Origin: Gordius albopunctatus
Lineage: Eukaryota
Reading direction: 5' to 3'
Length of the DNA: 64,000 nucleotides
NCBI GenBank assembly: GCA_964276515.1
Contig: OZ193909.1
Coordinates: 3,410,001 to 3,474,000, forward strand
Shown here: positions 11,600 through 23,861 of the stretch, in pieces
Position numbering within the stretch: position 1 is the stretch's first letter
Layout of the letters: every line of letters starts with the position of its first letter
Translations under genes and position numbers: made by a program
The notes under the pieces: generated by a model
Database searches by the model: none
Told to the model about the DNA's origin: nothing
The model's input: only the letters and a program-made list of their open reading frames with translations

Positions 11600-13100
11600 T
11601 GTGTAAGTCGATGGTAAACGAAAGTGGAAGCTGAGTTTATTGGATAGATTTTAGAGATATGAGTTCAAGCAAATTGAGTATCCGAGGGGACAAATACATA
11701 AAAGAGCATTTTACCATTTAGTCAGACAAACAGGTATAAAAACGACCCTTTCCTTACTTGATTAGATATGATCCATGTTGTTTTTAAAAATTTTTTAGAA
11801 TTGAGCCAATATGTTTTTGGTAATATATGCTCGATTACGAATAGCAGTTGGTTTTTTTAAATATCCGAGTAGCATTGAATCTCCCTTAGCGCCTTGAGGG
11901 CATAATGGACATGGTATAATGCGTCTCCGACACCATTCAATGCTCGACTAGTACATCATCAAGTCTTTCCTCAATTTTTTTAAAAACATGACCATCTTTT
12001 GGGTGCTGCTACTTTATGTCCATTATCCACAAATCTTATTTGTAGAATAACGCCCGACATTTTTAAGTTAAATTGGTTTAACGGGCGTTTTTGTAATTCT
12101 ACACCTTTCAAGTTGCAATTGACAGCTGTAACCTTAAGTCCAAGAAGGAATTGTGAGAATTTCACCACTTAAATGACACACGTTGAATCTGTTCCTAGGC
12201 TGAGATGCATCTAGGTACATGAAACTTTTCAACGCCCTTCCCACTTTTCAGGATATATTTGTGTCTTGAGGGCCTATCTTTTCCCATCTTTGGAGGACAT
12301 TGATGAAATAGGAAAAAGAATTTTCTACCCCTCACATGGTATGCGGTAGTATATCTGTAAAGATCTTTAAACTATAATTCGTTGGAGCCTTGAGAAAAAT
12401 TTGAATTGGGCCAAAAACATTTTAATATTTTTTATATGATAATCTTGTATGCTTTGATCCGAATTCACATTTAGCCTCAAGACGGATAACATTGGTTAAC
12501 AGAATCAATTAATTGAAAGAAAAGGTATAAAAGATGACACAAAAGAGTGACTATCTAGATTTTTTCATCTGTATAATTAACAACACTCGATCGTTACAGA
12601 TTTTTTAAGTTGATTTAGATAATTTTCCCTTAAGGTAATACGATATAATTTGTCCGATGGATGCGCCAATGCTATAATTGCCCTCAGTTTAATTTAACCA
12701 TATTCCTAATTTTGATTTTTAACCTAACTTTATAAAACAACTTATGTATATGTTAATAGGATTAGGATAACACTACCTTTGTCAATGATATGTTTTTTAC
12801 CTAGGCTTAGAGTTGTTGAGTTTATAATATAAAGTGGGCTGAGCTGGGGTGGAAATTAGGATCAGTGTAGTGGCGAGTCGGATCTCACCAAAAGCTAGAT
12901 TGTTTTGCATATCACGCACGTTATTAATCATATGTTGCTAATGAGAGGGGGTATGCTTAGCGAGAAATTTAGTGGAAATGTAACTTTAATGTATTAAAAA
13001 ACAAAGCACCCAGGCCCTACCTTTTGCCTTGACTGGGTACCTAGCTTGCTTTGTCGACCTTTTAGTTACATTAGAGTGGTGATCATATTAACACATTGTC
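11600..13100. mobile_element. Heavily degraded transposon/retroelement-like sequence, family not identified
   Basis: Higher GC, coding-like texture with many stops; no clear motif. Confidence 0.25.
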
Positions 13101-14009
13101 TCGTACAAAAGTCTATATAGTTGCTTTCTTTTTTAATTTTACTATTACACTACTTTGCAAGAAATGCACAAGAAATAAATATTTTGTATATAATTTATAT
13201 TAAAACAGGTTATTTTTTAAAGTCTTATATCCCACGTAAGATGCTTTTTATTTTAATGCAAAAATGACACATATTTCTATTTAAAAATTTACCTATTAAT
13301 CAAATTCTCTTACTATACATTTACTTATTTGCTTATATATATATGTAAATTCATATAGGTTCCATGTGTATTTAAGATACGATCAACCACACATAATATA
13401 TAACCATTTGTCAAATTTTAATTCAGTATTGTATTACTCGCACAGCTTTTTAAATAATTGTAACATTCGGCTAAATAATTAACAAGTCTTAATTTATAAT
13501 TTAAGCAAAAATGATTTTATAAATATTATTTATTTGAACGTAATACTAGTTTTTCGGTTGGGCGAATCTGTATAATATTAAACAAATAAAAATAAAACGA
13601 AGTTATCATAAAACATAATTGTATGAATATATAAAGCACATTGGTGTAAAATATTCCTTAGTTGTTTATTTTTTATAATAGCCTTAAACAACCTTCTTTC
13701 TATGATCAAGTTAAGACATTAATGTTAAAGGCTCATATACGATTTCTTTATATCTCTATTGGCCATTTAAAATTTCATACAAAATGCCTCTTTTTGTACC
13801 TTTAAAATTTAACTATTGATCTAATCTAATCTAAATCTTACAGTCATTTGAATCTAACCACGGTTTAAGCAGCACGCTTAGTAGAATGATGAAAAATTCC
13901 TCTACACCTTTATCATTAACAACTAAATTAGATTAGGCTAAAAATAAATATAAGAGGTCAAAAGATATTTAGCAAGCTAGCCCTAACCGTTAAAACATAA
14001 AAGATTCAC

Positions 14010-17000
14010 TTCAGTTCCTTTATTTTATCACCTCTAAAATTCTTTTAATAAGGATTTTTTGCTAAATATTTTTTTACAATTTTTACGTTATATATAAGAA
14101 ATCTCTTCTTTTTATATGTGCTACATACTCTTGAATTAGTAATAAAGCACCTACTTTCAAAAAAAGATTTTGCGATTTCTTCAATTACCTTCATCGTTGT
14201 TTTGTGTGGTGGCATTATCTTGATTAGAGTCGTTGCACAGCGTTTTACACGTTTGCTAATAAAGTTATATGTATATATTGTTAAAAGTAATTTCTAAACT
14301 CTTACCTTCTTGTTTGGCTTTTCTCTTTTAGGTGATATAGTTGTGGTTCTCTTCACCTCCAAGTTATCTTCAATGATAATTTCTTCTCCTTCAAAATTAT
14401 CCACCGTATGTGAAACAGAATTTTGAACTGTGTCTAAAAATTGTTAAAATGCGCCTAAAATCTAACTTCCTAAACTTTCATTTTGTTCGACGTCACTTTC
14501 TCTCCTATTTTCTTGAGTATTAAACTTAGGCGAATCCCAAGGTTCTTTTTCTTTGTCCCATTTCGATTGCTCAATTATCTTATCCATTCCTAAACTTTTT
14601 ATGATTAATTACAAAATTAATCATTTAAAGCCGGAATTGATAACATACTTTTTACTATCATCCGGTAGTGTAGATTGATTAAGTTTGTTAATTATTTGCG
14701 TCAATAACTGAATAAAATTATCTTGCTTTTCGATGGTACTTATGTAGTCATGTTTATCAGCCTCATTCTCCTTTTGCAACATCATCAATTCTTCTTCCAA
14801 TTTTTTAATCTATACAAAATATAATTTTAACAAAATATTTTTTCCATGAACGCGTACTTTATCATTCATGACACCCCATTCATCTATAGAATATTATAAG
14901 CGTTTTATAAAAACTATTAATAATTACTTGAAGGTTTACTATTTTCATCATAGTTTTTGCCACCTAGCATTTGACTCTGCAAATATTTTAGCCTGTCCAA
15001 TAAAACTTTTTTAAACATTTAATCTATGGGAGATTATATACCTTTCAGCAGCTTTTTTACGCAGATCGAATACCCTTTCCATATTTCCCACAAATTCGAA
15101 TTCGGTGCTATGTAAGAAATTTTGGGAAAATATTAAAATTTTAAACCTAAATTAAAGACTTTTTTTAATTTTACAATACAAAATTATGTGGGTTTCGCAA
15201 AATTATGACGTTCGTGGTTATAATTATCGACAATTATGACCAGGGAGGTACCCATAGTTAGGCAAAAGGTGAAAATGCCGTAAATGTCCCTTAAGTTAGA
15301 AAGTTTTTAATTTTAAAAATTTTACGATTCCTTAAATACTGACCAAACCTTGGGTCCGCCCCCCCTACTCCAAATCCTGAATACTTCCCTGATCATGGAC
15401 ATACATAACTATGCACTTCATAAATATAATATATACAAAAGTATTTTTTCTATGTTTAATTTGGTTTTATAAAATTATGTATTATAAAAGTATTCAAGTT
15501 TAGGTGACTTTGAGTCGTTTGACATGTCAGAAGAGGTATCTTTGTCCGATGATTCAAGCATATCGTTTTTGTAAGATATATTATATTTTGCAGATCGTAA
15601 GGGCGATTGACTGCTTGATTTCTGCAAGTAAAACATAAGAAATCCATATTATATATTTGATTATAATACCTTGTGCGAAGATTGGCGGTTTTCATATTGT
15701 TTTTCATACTTTCCTAATTGATTTTGATGCAAACTTTTATCTATATTTTTCAATATTTTATATGTTAAATAAAGTGGTTTTTATTAACATTTATCAATTT
15801 CTTTCAGCAACGCCATTCTTGATTGATGCTCTTCCTCCAGTCGCAATTTCAGATTTTTGAGCTGAGTTTCATAATGCTAATGATTATATAATCAATTTAT
15901 CTATTAAATGCCATTATAAAAAGCTTAACAAAATATGATTAAATATTTTGTGTTAAAAATAACCTGTTTAGTTTTATCGCGTTCACGAAATTTATCGGAA
16001 GTTCCTAGCAATAAAATATATTTAATTTAAGAGAAATATTAAAATTATACCAGGTAAGGCGGTATTCGGTGAATATTCTGAAACAATATTTTTCAAGTGG
16101 TCGATTTCAGTCTGATATTTTCGTAGCAACGCATCTTTAGGATCTTCGTTAATTCTGGGCTTATTATGAATCTTCTTGGCTCTAGAGCAAAACTGATTTA
16201 GTATAGTTTTTTATTATAATTAATTATGCCGCCCAACATGGACGTAGCCAGCATTGGAATTAGAGGGCGGGGGCAATAATAATTTAGGGAGGGGCAAAAT
16301 GATAATTTTTTGAAATTTTAGCCATAAGTTTGATAAATTTTAACCAATTTTTGGATTTAGAGGGGGCAGTCCCCCCGGCTACACTCATGCTAATGTCCTT
16401 TTTCGTCGTGATGTTTTATTTTAAATATGTATACAAATGCGACATTAAACCTATTAGCGTATCTTAGGGTGCTCAGAGTTTCGTTGTAACTTGATGGGGA
16501 TGGTGAAGCGCAGGCTATCATCAAGGTTTTAGCCGTACCTCCCAGAGAATCTTGTAGCAATCGCGTTAATTTTGATTCGCGGTAGGGGATGTGGTGTTTG
16601 CCTTACAAGTAACCATAAGTGTAATTAATATAAGCGATTAAACATGTTAATGAAACAAATAATATGAATTGATGATTAAAGCCTTGCGAAAATTCCGCAT
16701 TAAAAAATTAATAAATTTTATAGGCTAACATACCATCTTCAAGCGCAGTTATAACATTACTCAAGGCATTGAGTGACAAATTGATTTTGGTGCTTTCCTT
16801 GAAACGAAGGCTAGTTACTACATATAAATATTGAAAATCATTAATTCTTTTCAAATCAAAAATGCAAAATAATTACAAGATTTTTCCGATTTTTCGCTAC
16901 CGGCTAGATCTACTATATTCAATTTCCCAACTTTGATGTGCTCACTTTGACCAGGGTCCGTATTAGTGACCTCTATAGAGATTGAATGTAAAAACCTTAA

Positions 17001-20000
17001 TATTATCGCGGTTGAAATTTACTATGTATTTATTACACTTCATGTTTTAGAGCAAAATATTTCACAATTAGGCTAAAATATTAAATTACCGATCCGCATA
17101 GTGAATATGGCATGACTTCTGGAAGAATTAAGGTTCAGAGAATTTTCCCCTGATATTCTGTTTTTCAACCCGATTTTGACTAATTTGAAGCAATGCTTCC
17201 CACTACTTATTGGATGTAAAGATACACCTATTATTATAATATATATAACAATTATATTCATAAAACTCATAGGCGTAGCCAGGGGGTGGCAGGAAGGGGC
17301 GGCTGTCCCCCCCCCCTCTCCCCCTCTAAATCCAAAAATGTTTCGAAATTGAATATAATTGTGGCTAAAATTACTCAAAATTATCATTTTGCCCGCCCCC
17401 CCCTTCTAAATCCACTTTTGGCTACGCCATGATAATATAATTCTGTTTAAAATATTATTGCTTAAAGGTGCATAAAGCCAGCCACTAAAGAATGCATTCG
17501 ATTATGCTGACAAAATAATAAAGATTTGAAAGTTTTGCAAGGAAGGGTTGTCAGTCAGCATCTTTAGCTTTACATATGAATATACAAATACCACTTCCTT
17601 TTTTATTAAATTTTATTTTGTTCAAATAAAATCAAATTTTTATTAGGGGAAATAAGTTATTGTCCTAAATTTTTTAACAAATTATAATGAGCCTTGGCGA
17701 GAAATCAATATATATTAAGATCAAAGTTTACACAATAATATTATTAAATATAATTTTTGATTTTGTTTAGTGTAAATTTGTAGATAAAATCGAATGTAAG
17801 CAATTTTGGCTAATTATTTATAATATAAAGGAACAAAAATTTATTATAAATTAACTTTAAAGAATAAAAAATTGTTGAACACCATATAAGTTTAATAATT
17901 AATTCCAAAATAGTAACTAATTGATAAAATTAAATAGTAAATTCAAACCTTCAACAAACACGCCATCATCACGATGCTCCCTTAATTCCAAATTTCTACC
18001 ATTTTTATTTAAAAGATCTCGTATTTCTTCATTGTATATTTCGATAAAAGATGCATGAATTAAGTATTTGTTGTTGATAGTGATCGATACCTGTTCAAAT
18101 ATATGATCAATCGCTCTCGGAAGTATTCCCTGCAACAATTTTCAAAATATAATATCCTGATTAAAAGTTAGAATAAAATGTTTTACATTTGAAAATCAGC
18201 TTTATGTTTTAATTTTTAGGTACTATTTCGGTACCTATACTCATGGGAGTAGCCAGGGGGTGGCAGTGCTCCCTCTAAATCCAAAAATCCTTTAAAATTT
18301 CATATAATTATAGCTAAAATTTCAAAAAATTATCATTTTGGCCCCTTCTTAATCCAATTCCTAGAAACTGGAGTAGCCTAATTCCTAGTTTTAGCAAGAA
18401 TGCGCCCCTTAAAATTCATTTGACAAGCAAAAACCATTATATAAATGATTACTTTGTTATAGTTTACTTTTGCGAATGCCTTTTACATCAAACTAATAGC
18501 TTGCTCAATATATAGAAAATTAAAATGTTTATGAACAAATATTTTAAGACTTTAGGCCTTTAGGATTAAGGGGGGGGGGGGGGGGGAAAGAAGATGCCCT
18601 AATCCAAAAACTTCCTATGTACCACCACCCCAACCAAAAGTTATTATTTGCTCATTTTTTAAAAGCTTATTACTTAAATTTCATTTTTAGATCCTTTTCA
18701 AATAGTTGAGCTCATTGAATTCTATTTATATTTTACGTCTTACATAGTTAAGATTTTTTTGATGTTTTGAAGGTAATATTATTTTTTCCAAAAATAAATA
18801 TCGCTTAATTTGGAAAGGATTTTAAACTTTACACCCTCATTCAAAAAATAACCAATTAGTTTCCGTGTAAGGACTTGTCTTAATATACGATTCAACTTCA
18901 AAGCGCCATATTTTTGTTTGTCTCTACATATGCGATATACATGTCGTGGAATCAACAATTTCAGTTTAGTTACCATATGAATGATATGCATTAATAAGCG
19001 TGCATTCGCTTTTTTAATCTTGATTCAAAATCGCGTATTAAGACGCACCCTAGTCGTTTGTAATGGTCAAGAAAGTCAAGGTCTTTAAAGATTATATTCT
19101 ATGTTTAATAAAACTGTACAACGGAGAGCCAAATTTTAACTAAATGCCGATGAACTAATTTAATTTCAGGCCTAAGGCTTGTATAAAATTCAGTTGTTAA
19201 TCAATTTTTTCCATATTCACTCATTTTATTTCCTTAACTTCATAGATATTAAATATTATCGGATGGGTCGTTAAATAAATTTTGAACCAATTTTTATATG
19301 ACCTACTCTACAAAATTAAAAGAGACTATCCGAGCTTTTCTAGTAATAGCAATTGCGACAACTAAATGTCTACTATAACTGTTAAAAGAATGTTATTCGA
19401 TCGGTCTCACTACGACGGCATAGCGAAGGCGAGCATACAAATAAATTGCTAGAAATTTACAACAAAATTTGTACACAATTTGTAACAAATATAAATTTTA
19501 AATAAGTTTTCCTATTAGATCTGGCACATGGGAGTAGCCAGAATTTGAATTAGAGAGGGACAAGAATGATTTAGGAGGGCGAAATGATTATTTTTTTTTA
19601 ATTTTTGCCAGAATTTGAATAAGTTTCAACAAATTTTTGAAATTAGAGGGAGAAGCCGCCCCCCCCAGCTTCGCCCATGCAAATTTATCGGATCACTTTG
19701 TCATTTATCCCATATTAGTATATTATAATATGTCTCCAATTTTTAAGATTTAAAGTTTTTTCAAAAAGAATACCCTCAAAGGACTGTACAGATCAGGTCC
19801 TACTATTGTGTAGGATTTGCCACTCCCAGTTTGACCATAAGCGAAGATCGTTCCGTTGTATCCATTAAGTGTCCCCTTAAACATATAAAATCAACTATAA
19901 ATTATTTCAATTTTATTGCCTTCATTTAGGACTTGAATACAAAGCCATTGAAAAGTGTCGCCCTTTTACATTCAAATAAAACTACCCATTATAAACTTTC

Positions 20001-20371
20001 CAAAACACATAATTCTCTGTCCCATATTAAAATTGTTCGAATCAATAAGTATAATCGTTTTACTATCTTACATAATCCATTTCAAACTTTTATAAAAGCT
20101 AATTGAATAAAAAATTTGCGACACTAAAAGTTCATGTTGGGTTTACCTCTACGATCGATGCCCCGATATCTGAATAAATCGTGCCGGTCGTATCTTCAGG
20201 CCCATAAACTTTTGTGAAATGAAATATTTTATCGGAATGACCACCTTGGGGAGATATAAGTAGACAGCTCTTCTGCTCTGGATCATCTATTTGCAAGATT
20301 GGCTCATTTTCAGGCTCATTGCCTATAGTAGGTCTACATCGAATGACTACAGAAACGTTTTCCTCAACCAT
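14010..20371 (-). CDS. KIF17: Kinesin-2 family motor, KIF17/OSM-3 type
   Basis: Exons 20147-20371, 19774-19875, 17949-18129, 17090-17227, 16877-16972, 16734-16817, 16450-16601, 16051-16181, 15964-16004, 15789-15876, 15670-15740, then further small exons to ~14.0-14.2 kb (3' end uncertain). Motifs [58 protein letters not shown], neck [21 protein letters not shown]17-like tail LQSQMLGG and DYISTIEKQ...[10 protein letters not shown]...W. Confidence 0.88.
16237..16389. mobile_element. CATGGGCGTAGCC-family MITE in kinesin intron
   Basis: catggacgtagcc ... ggctacactcatg; family core sequence. Confidence 0.8.
17268..17431. mobile_element. CATGGGCGTAGCC-family MITE in kinesin intron
   Basis: cataggcgtagcc ... 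ggctacgccatg. Further copies at ~18242-18380 and 19527-19679. Confidence 0.8.
18871..19050. mobile_element. PIF/Harbinger (Tourist-like) MITE, diverged copy
   Basis: ggacttgtcttaatatacg ... cgtattaagacgcaccc; same TIR family as 26293 and 30840. Confidence 0.6.
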
Positions 20372-21487
20372 TTTCAATCGATTTACCACGATTTAAAGTT
20401 ATTGTAATTTGGAATCAAAAATACATTAATTGCAATAACCTTTTATTAATCGGCAATAATATCGATAAACATGCTTATTTCTGGCAAAGCTCCCAAATTA
20501 ACTTTACGATATAATTGAACGTTTCTTTTTTATATTCCTTCTTAGGTTTAATATAGATCATTTAGGAAAATAATGTGGCTTATGCCAACTTTTTGACCTT
20601 TTACATACTAGAAGTTTCGAATTATTGATTTTTTAGTCCAATTTAAGGCAGAAAATGCACTTTGGCAAAAGCGGTCATTTCCTATAACTGTCATACGATC
20701 AAGTTGTTACAGATCAATTTTATGTATATGTATATATTGTATGCACAAAAAGCCATTAGCGGCCATTTAGCCTAATTTTACAAGGGTTCACCTTGAACGT
20801 TGCCCGCTTCAAATCAATAAATTGAATCAAAAATAATTTTGCCCAAATGGTAAATTCTTAAATATTGATTATTGTTACAGGAATTTCAACATTCCACTTT
20901 TTTTTTCTAACACTCCCTTAAAGGTTTAAGCACATAACCTTAATCACTTGTCTGAAATTTATGTTTAACTCACTGAAATTTTAAATTATAAGGTGCTGCA
21001 ATTAAGGATTAAATTTATAATTTGCGTTTAAATTGCCCTTGAAGTCTATATTTTTACATGTTTTTAATAATAGCGATTGATATGTTTGCGACAAATTTAT
21101 AGGTAATTATTACATGTATACATTACATTTACCTGCCCATGTATTTGTAGCAATGAAATTCATAATAGTAGTTTTTACAGTGGCGTAAATGAGGGGGGGG
21201 GACGGGAAATTCGGCTCACCCAAGTTTTTTGATTGAAAACTAATTTAAATGGGTTAAAATATTAGTTTAGTTACATCAAAGACTTTAAAACACTTATAAA
21301 AACCTAGAATCTAATTTTTTGATTCGTTTTAGTAGTTCCATTAAAATTAATCCGATTAGGACTCAGTTAAGAACAGTGTATTATCGATCAATTATAAAAA
21401 AGGGAATTGACAACTTTAATAAAAAATAGAAAGGTAAATATTTTTACTAAAGAGGGAAATGTGCTAGGGCTAAAGGGAAGTAAACGC

Positions 21488-21660
21488 AGAGGTCAGATTT
21501 GTTTAAATTTTTTACCCGAACCCAGCCCGGTTTTATTTTATGATTAAACTGCCCGCCCGGCCCGCCCGAATCCTTCCAAGTGTCGGTCCGGCCCGAAGCG
21601 CAAGAGCTGCCCAAAATGCACGCCCGAAATATTACATGTGTCCGTTTAACCCGAATTTTT
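21488..21660 (+). mobile_element. Left end of the CAGAGGTCAGATTTG hAT family (second copy)
   Basis: Near match to 6902-7100. Confidence 0.7.
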
Positions 21661-22499
21661 GATTTCGATCTAAAAAATTACCCCATAAAATCTAGCCAAA
21701 TTTTGGATAGATATTTAAGGGTAAAATTTGTTGGGCAATAAAATCATAGCATTCACTAACTTATATTGTACAGCATTTTTATAGGGGGCACCCAAGAAAT
21801 ATTACCTTTAAATTCATTTAGTTGATTAAATCCGGTTAATCTGATTTCCTCATTTTAAATAGATTCGAGAATAAGAAAAACTTATTTGAACTTAAGATAA
21901 TTTAGTCTTTCAATAATAATGTGTTAATGATTTGTTTAAAAAATAAACAATTTATAAATATAAATCACTTGAATGGAATAAATAATGGAAATTTTTGTTG
22001 GAATGAATTTGAGTATGAATATTTTACACTTAAATAATATTGACGCCGATCGTAAGATTTTAAGAGGGAAAACACTTTTCTCATAAATCATTCCTTATTT
22101 AATATTTTATAATCTTTCTCTAATCTACTTTTTAAGTCCTAACAAAATTGGATTTTTGTCTAGACTGCACGCACATGCACATGATGCGTTAGTTAGCAAT
22201 TATAAAAGGATGTAAAAGTAAATATTCAAATTCATTAAAAATGCTCTCGCCTTCGGGATTTTCAGGATACTCTCAAGGGTTAAATAAAGGGAAGGGGGTG
22301 GTAAGCTTTCTCGATTAAATATAAAAAATAACAAATTTTTTAATTTACACAAAATCTAGTTTTTTAATTTCATTAATAAAGCACACTAAAAATAGAATTT
22401 TAAATTCCATTTCTAATCAAATTGTGTTGAACACACGCGGGTCGGATAGAAAATGTGCAGCTTTTTCTATTACTATAACTGTGGTTAAAGATTGAGATT

Positions 22500-22910
22500 A
22501 TTTTTCAAAGTTTAACTTCTATAACCTTTTCCCACACCTTCATTACGTGACTCGTTAACTTTATCCCATGATAGTTATTGCATTCCTTTACACCTCCCTT
22601 CACTTTATAGATTGGTATAACATAACCTTCTCTCCGCTCATCAGGCATCATACCTGTTGCAAGTATTTTGTTAAACAGCTTTGGAAGTAGAATTACACCT
22701 AAGGGTCCTAGCATTTTGAAACCTTCCAAAGGTATATTACCAGGTCCCACCGCTCTATCCATGGTCATCTTTTAAGCACCTGATTAACCTCTTCTTCTGT
22801 CACTTCTAACTCTGGGTCATATTCATAGTCCATTCTTTCGCAGTGGTCCGAAAACCCATTTTCACTGTTTAATAATTCTTTATAGTATTCTTCCCAACGA
22901 TCTATGATTT
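22500..22910 (-). mobile_element. RTE-clade non-LTR retrotransposon fragment (RT N-terminal region)
   Basis: AVGPGNIP...LFNKIL..MPDE.R...IPIYK.KG...C.NY.GIKLTSH.MKVWEKVIE. Confidence 0.85.
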
Positions 22911-23019
22911 AATATAATTATGTAATACCAATCCTTTGAATAATATCGAATTTGTTTGAAACAATGGTAATCTGGGATTGATAAAATGAGAGGGTGGATC
23001 AATATGATATATGATTTGA

Positions 23020-23373
23020 TTTTCTAATTGTTTATTAGATATTAAAATACGATAACATGAGTGAGTACGCACAAGTTCATATTATACTTTATTGTTTAAT
23101 TGAAATTATTATCAATGTTAGCACCGTGCTATAGCTCTAGCGCATTTAAGTGCTATCGGTTACATCTTTAGCGCCTCAAACCTCCTATCACTTATAGCTC
23201 ATAGCACCTCAAACCTCCCATCTCCCATAGCTTTATCGCCTCAAACCTCCCATCTCATATAGCTTACAGAACTTAAAGTGACTATGTGCTAGTAGACATA
23301 GCGCATTTAATAGGCTATTCCCATCAGCGGGGTGGTTCTAAGCGCGCTAGTGCTAAGCGTTTTCCCATCACTA
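23020..23373. mobile_element. Right end of the TAGTGATGGGAAA hAT family (second copy, without nested insertions)
   Basis: Ends tttcccatcacta; uninterrupted gctctagcgcatttaag shows the empty site of the 2366-3357 insertion. Confidence 0.8.
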
Positions 23374-23861
23374 GCTATGATGACGATATGAGATAATTTT
23401 AATCTTTGAAATAAGTGCTAAGGTGATATTAAACCTGCAGGCTCTTGCTTCTAAACATGCCCCCACTACGCCACAACGCCCCCGTACCTACAACTTTTTA
23501 TAATTCATCTAAAACTTACTTTTGTTTACCTTAAAATTCTAAATAGAATTAAAATGAAACTACAAACACGCAATAATTGTATAATATAATTAAATTTAAT
23601 AATTTAATACGAAAAACTCTATATAAAAGTTTTTATCTTATGCACTATATAATGACTATATATTATTCAGGAATGCTTACGTTTTTCAACTTTCACCTTT
23701 TACAATTCGCTACATGTATTTTAATACTCTTCGTTCCGCTCTAATTACATCTGGTAATTGTTGCAATCGGTTTTAGTCACGTTTTATTTTTCAATCGGAA
23801 TCTCAAAATTTCCATATCGATATTTCTAATTATTTATATTTGTAACTCGTCTTCCATAAAT

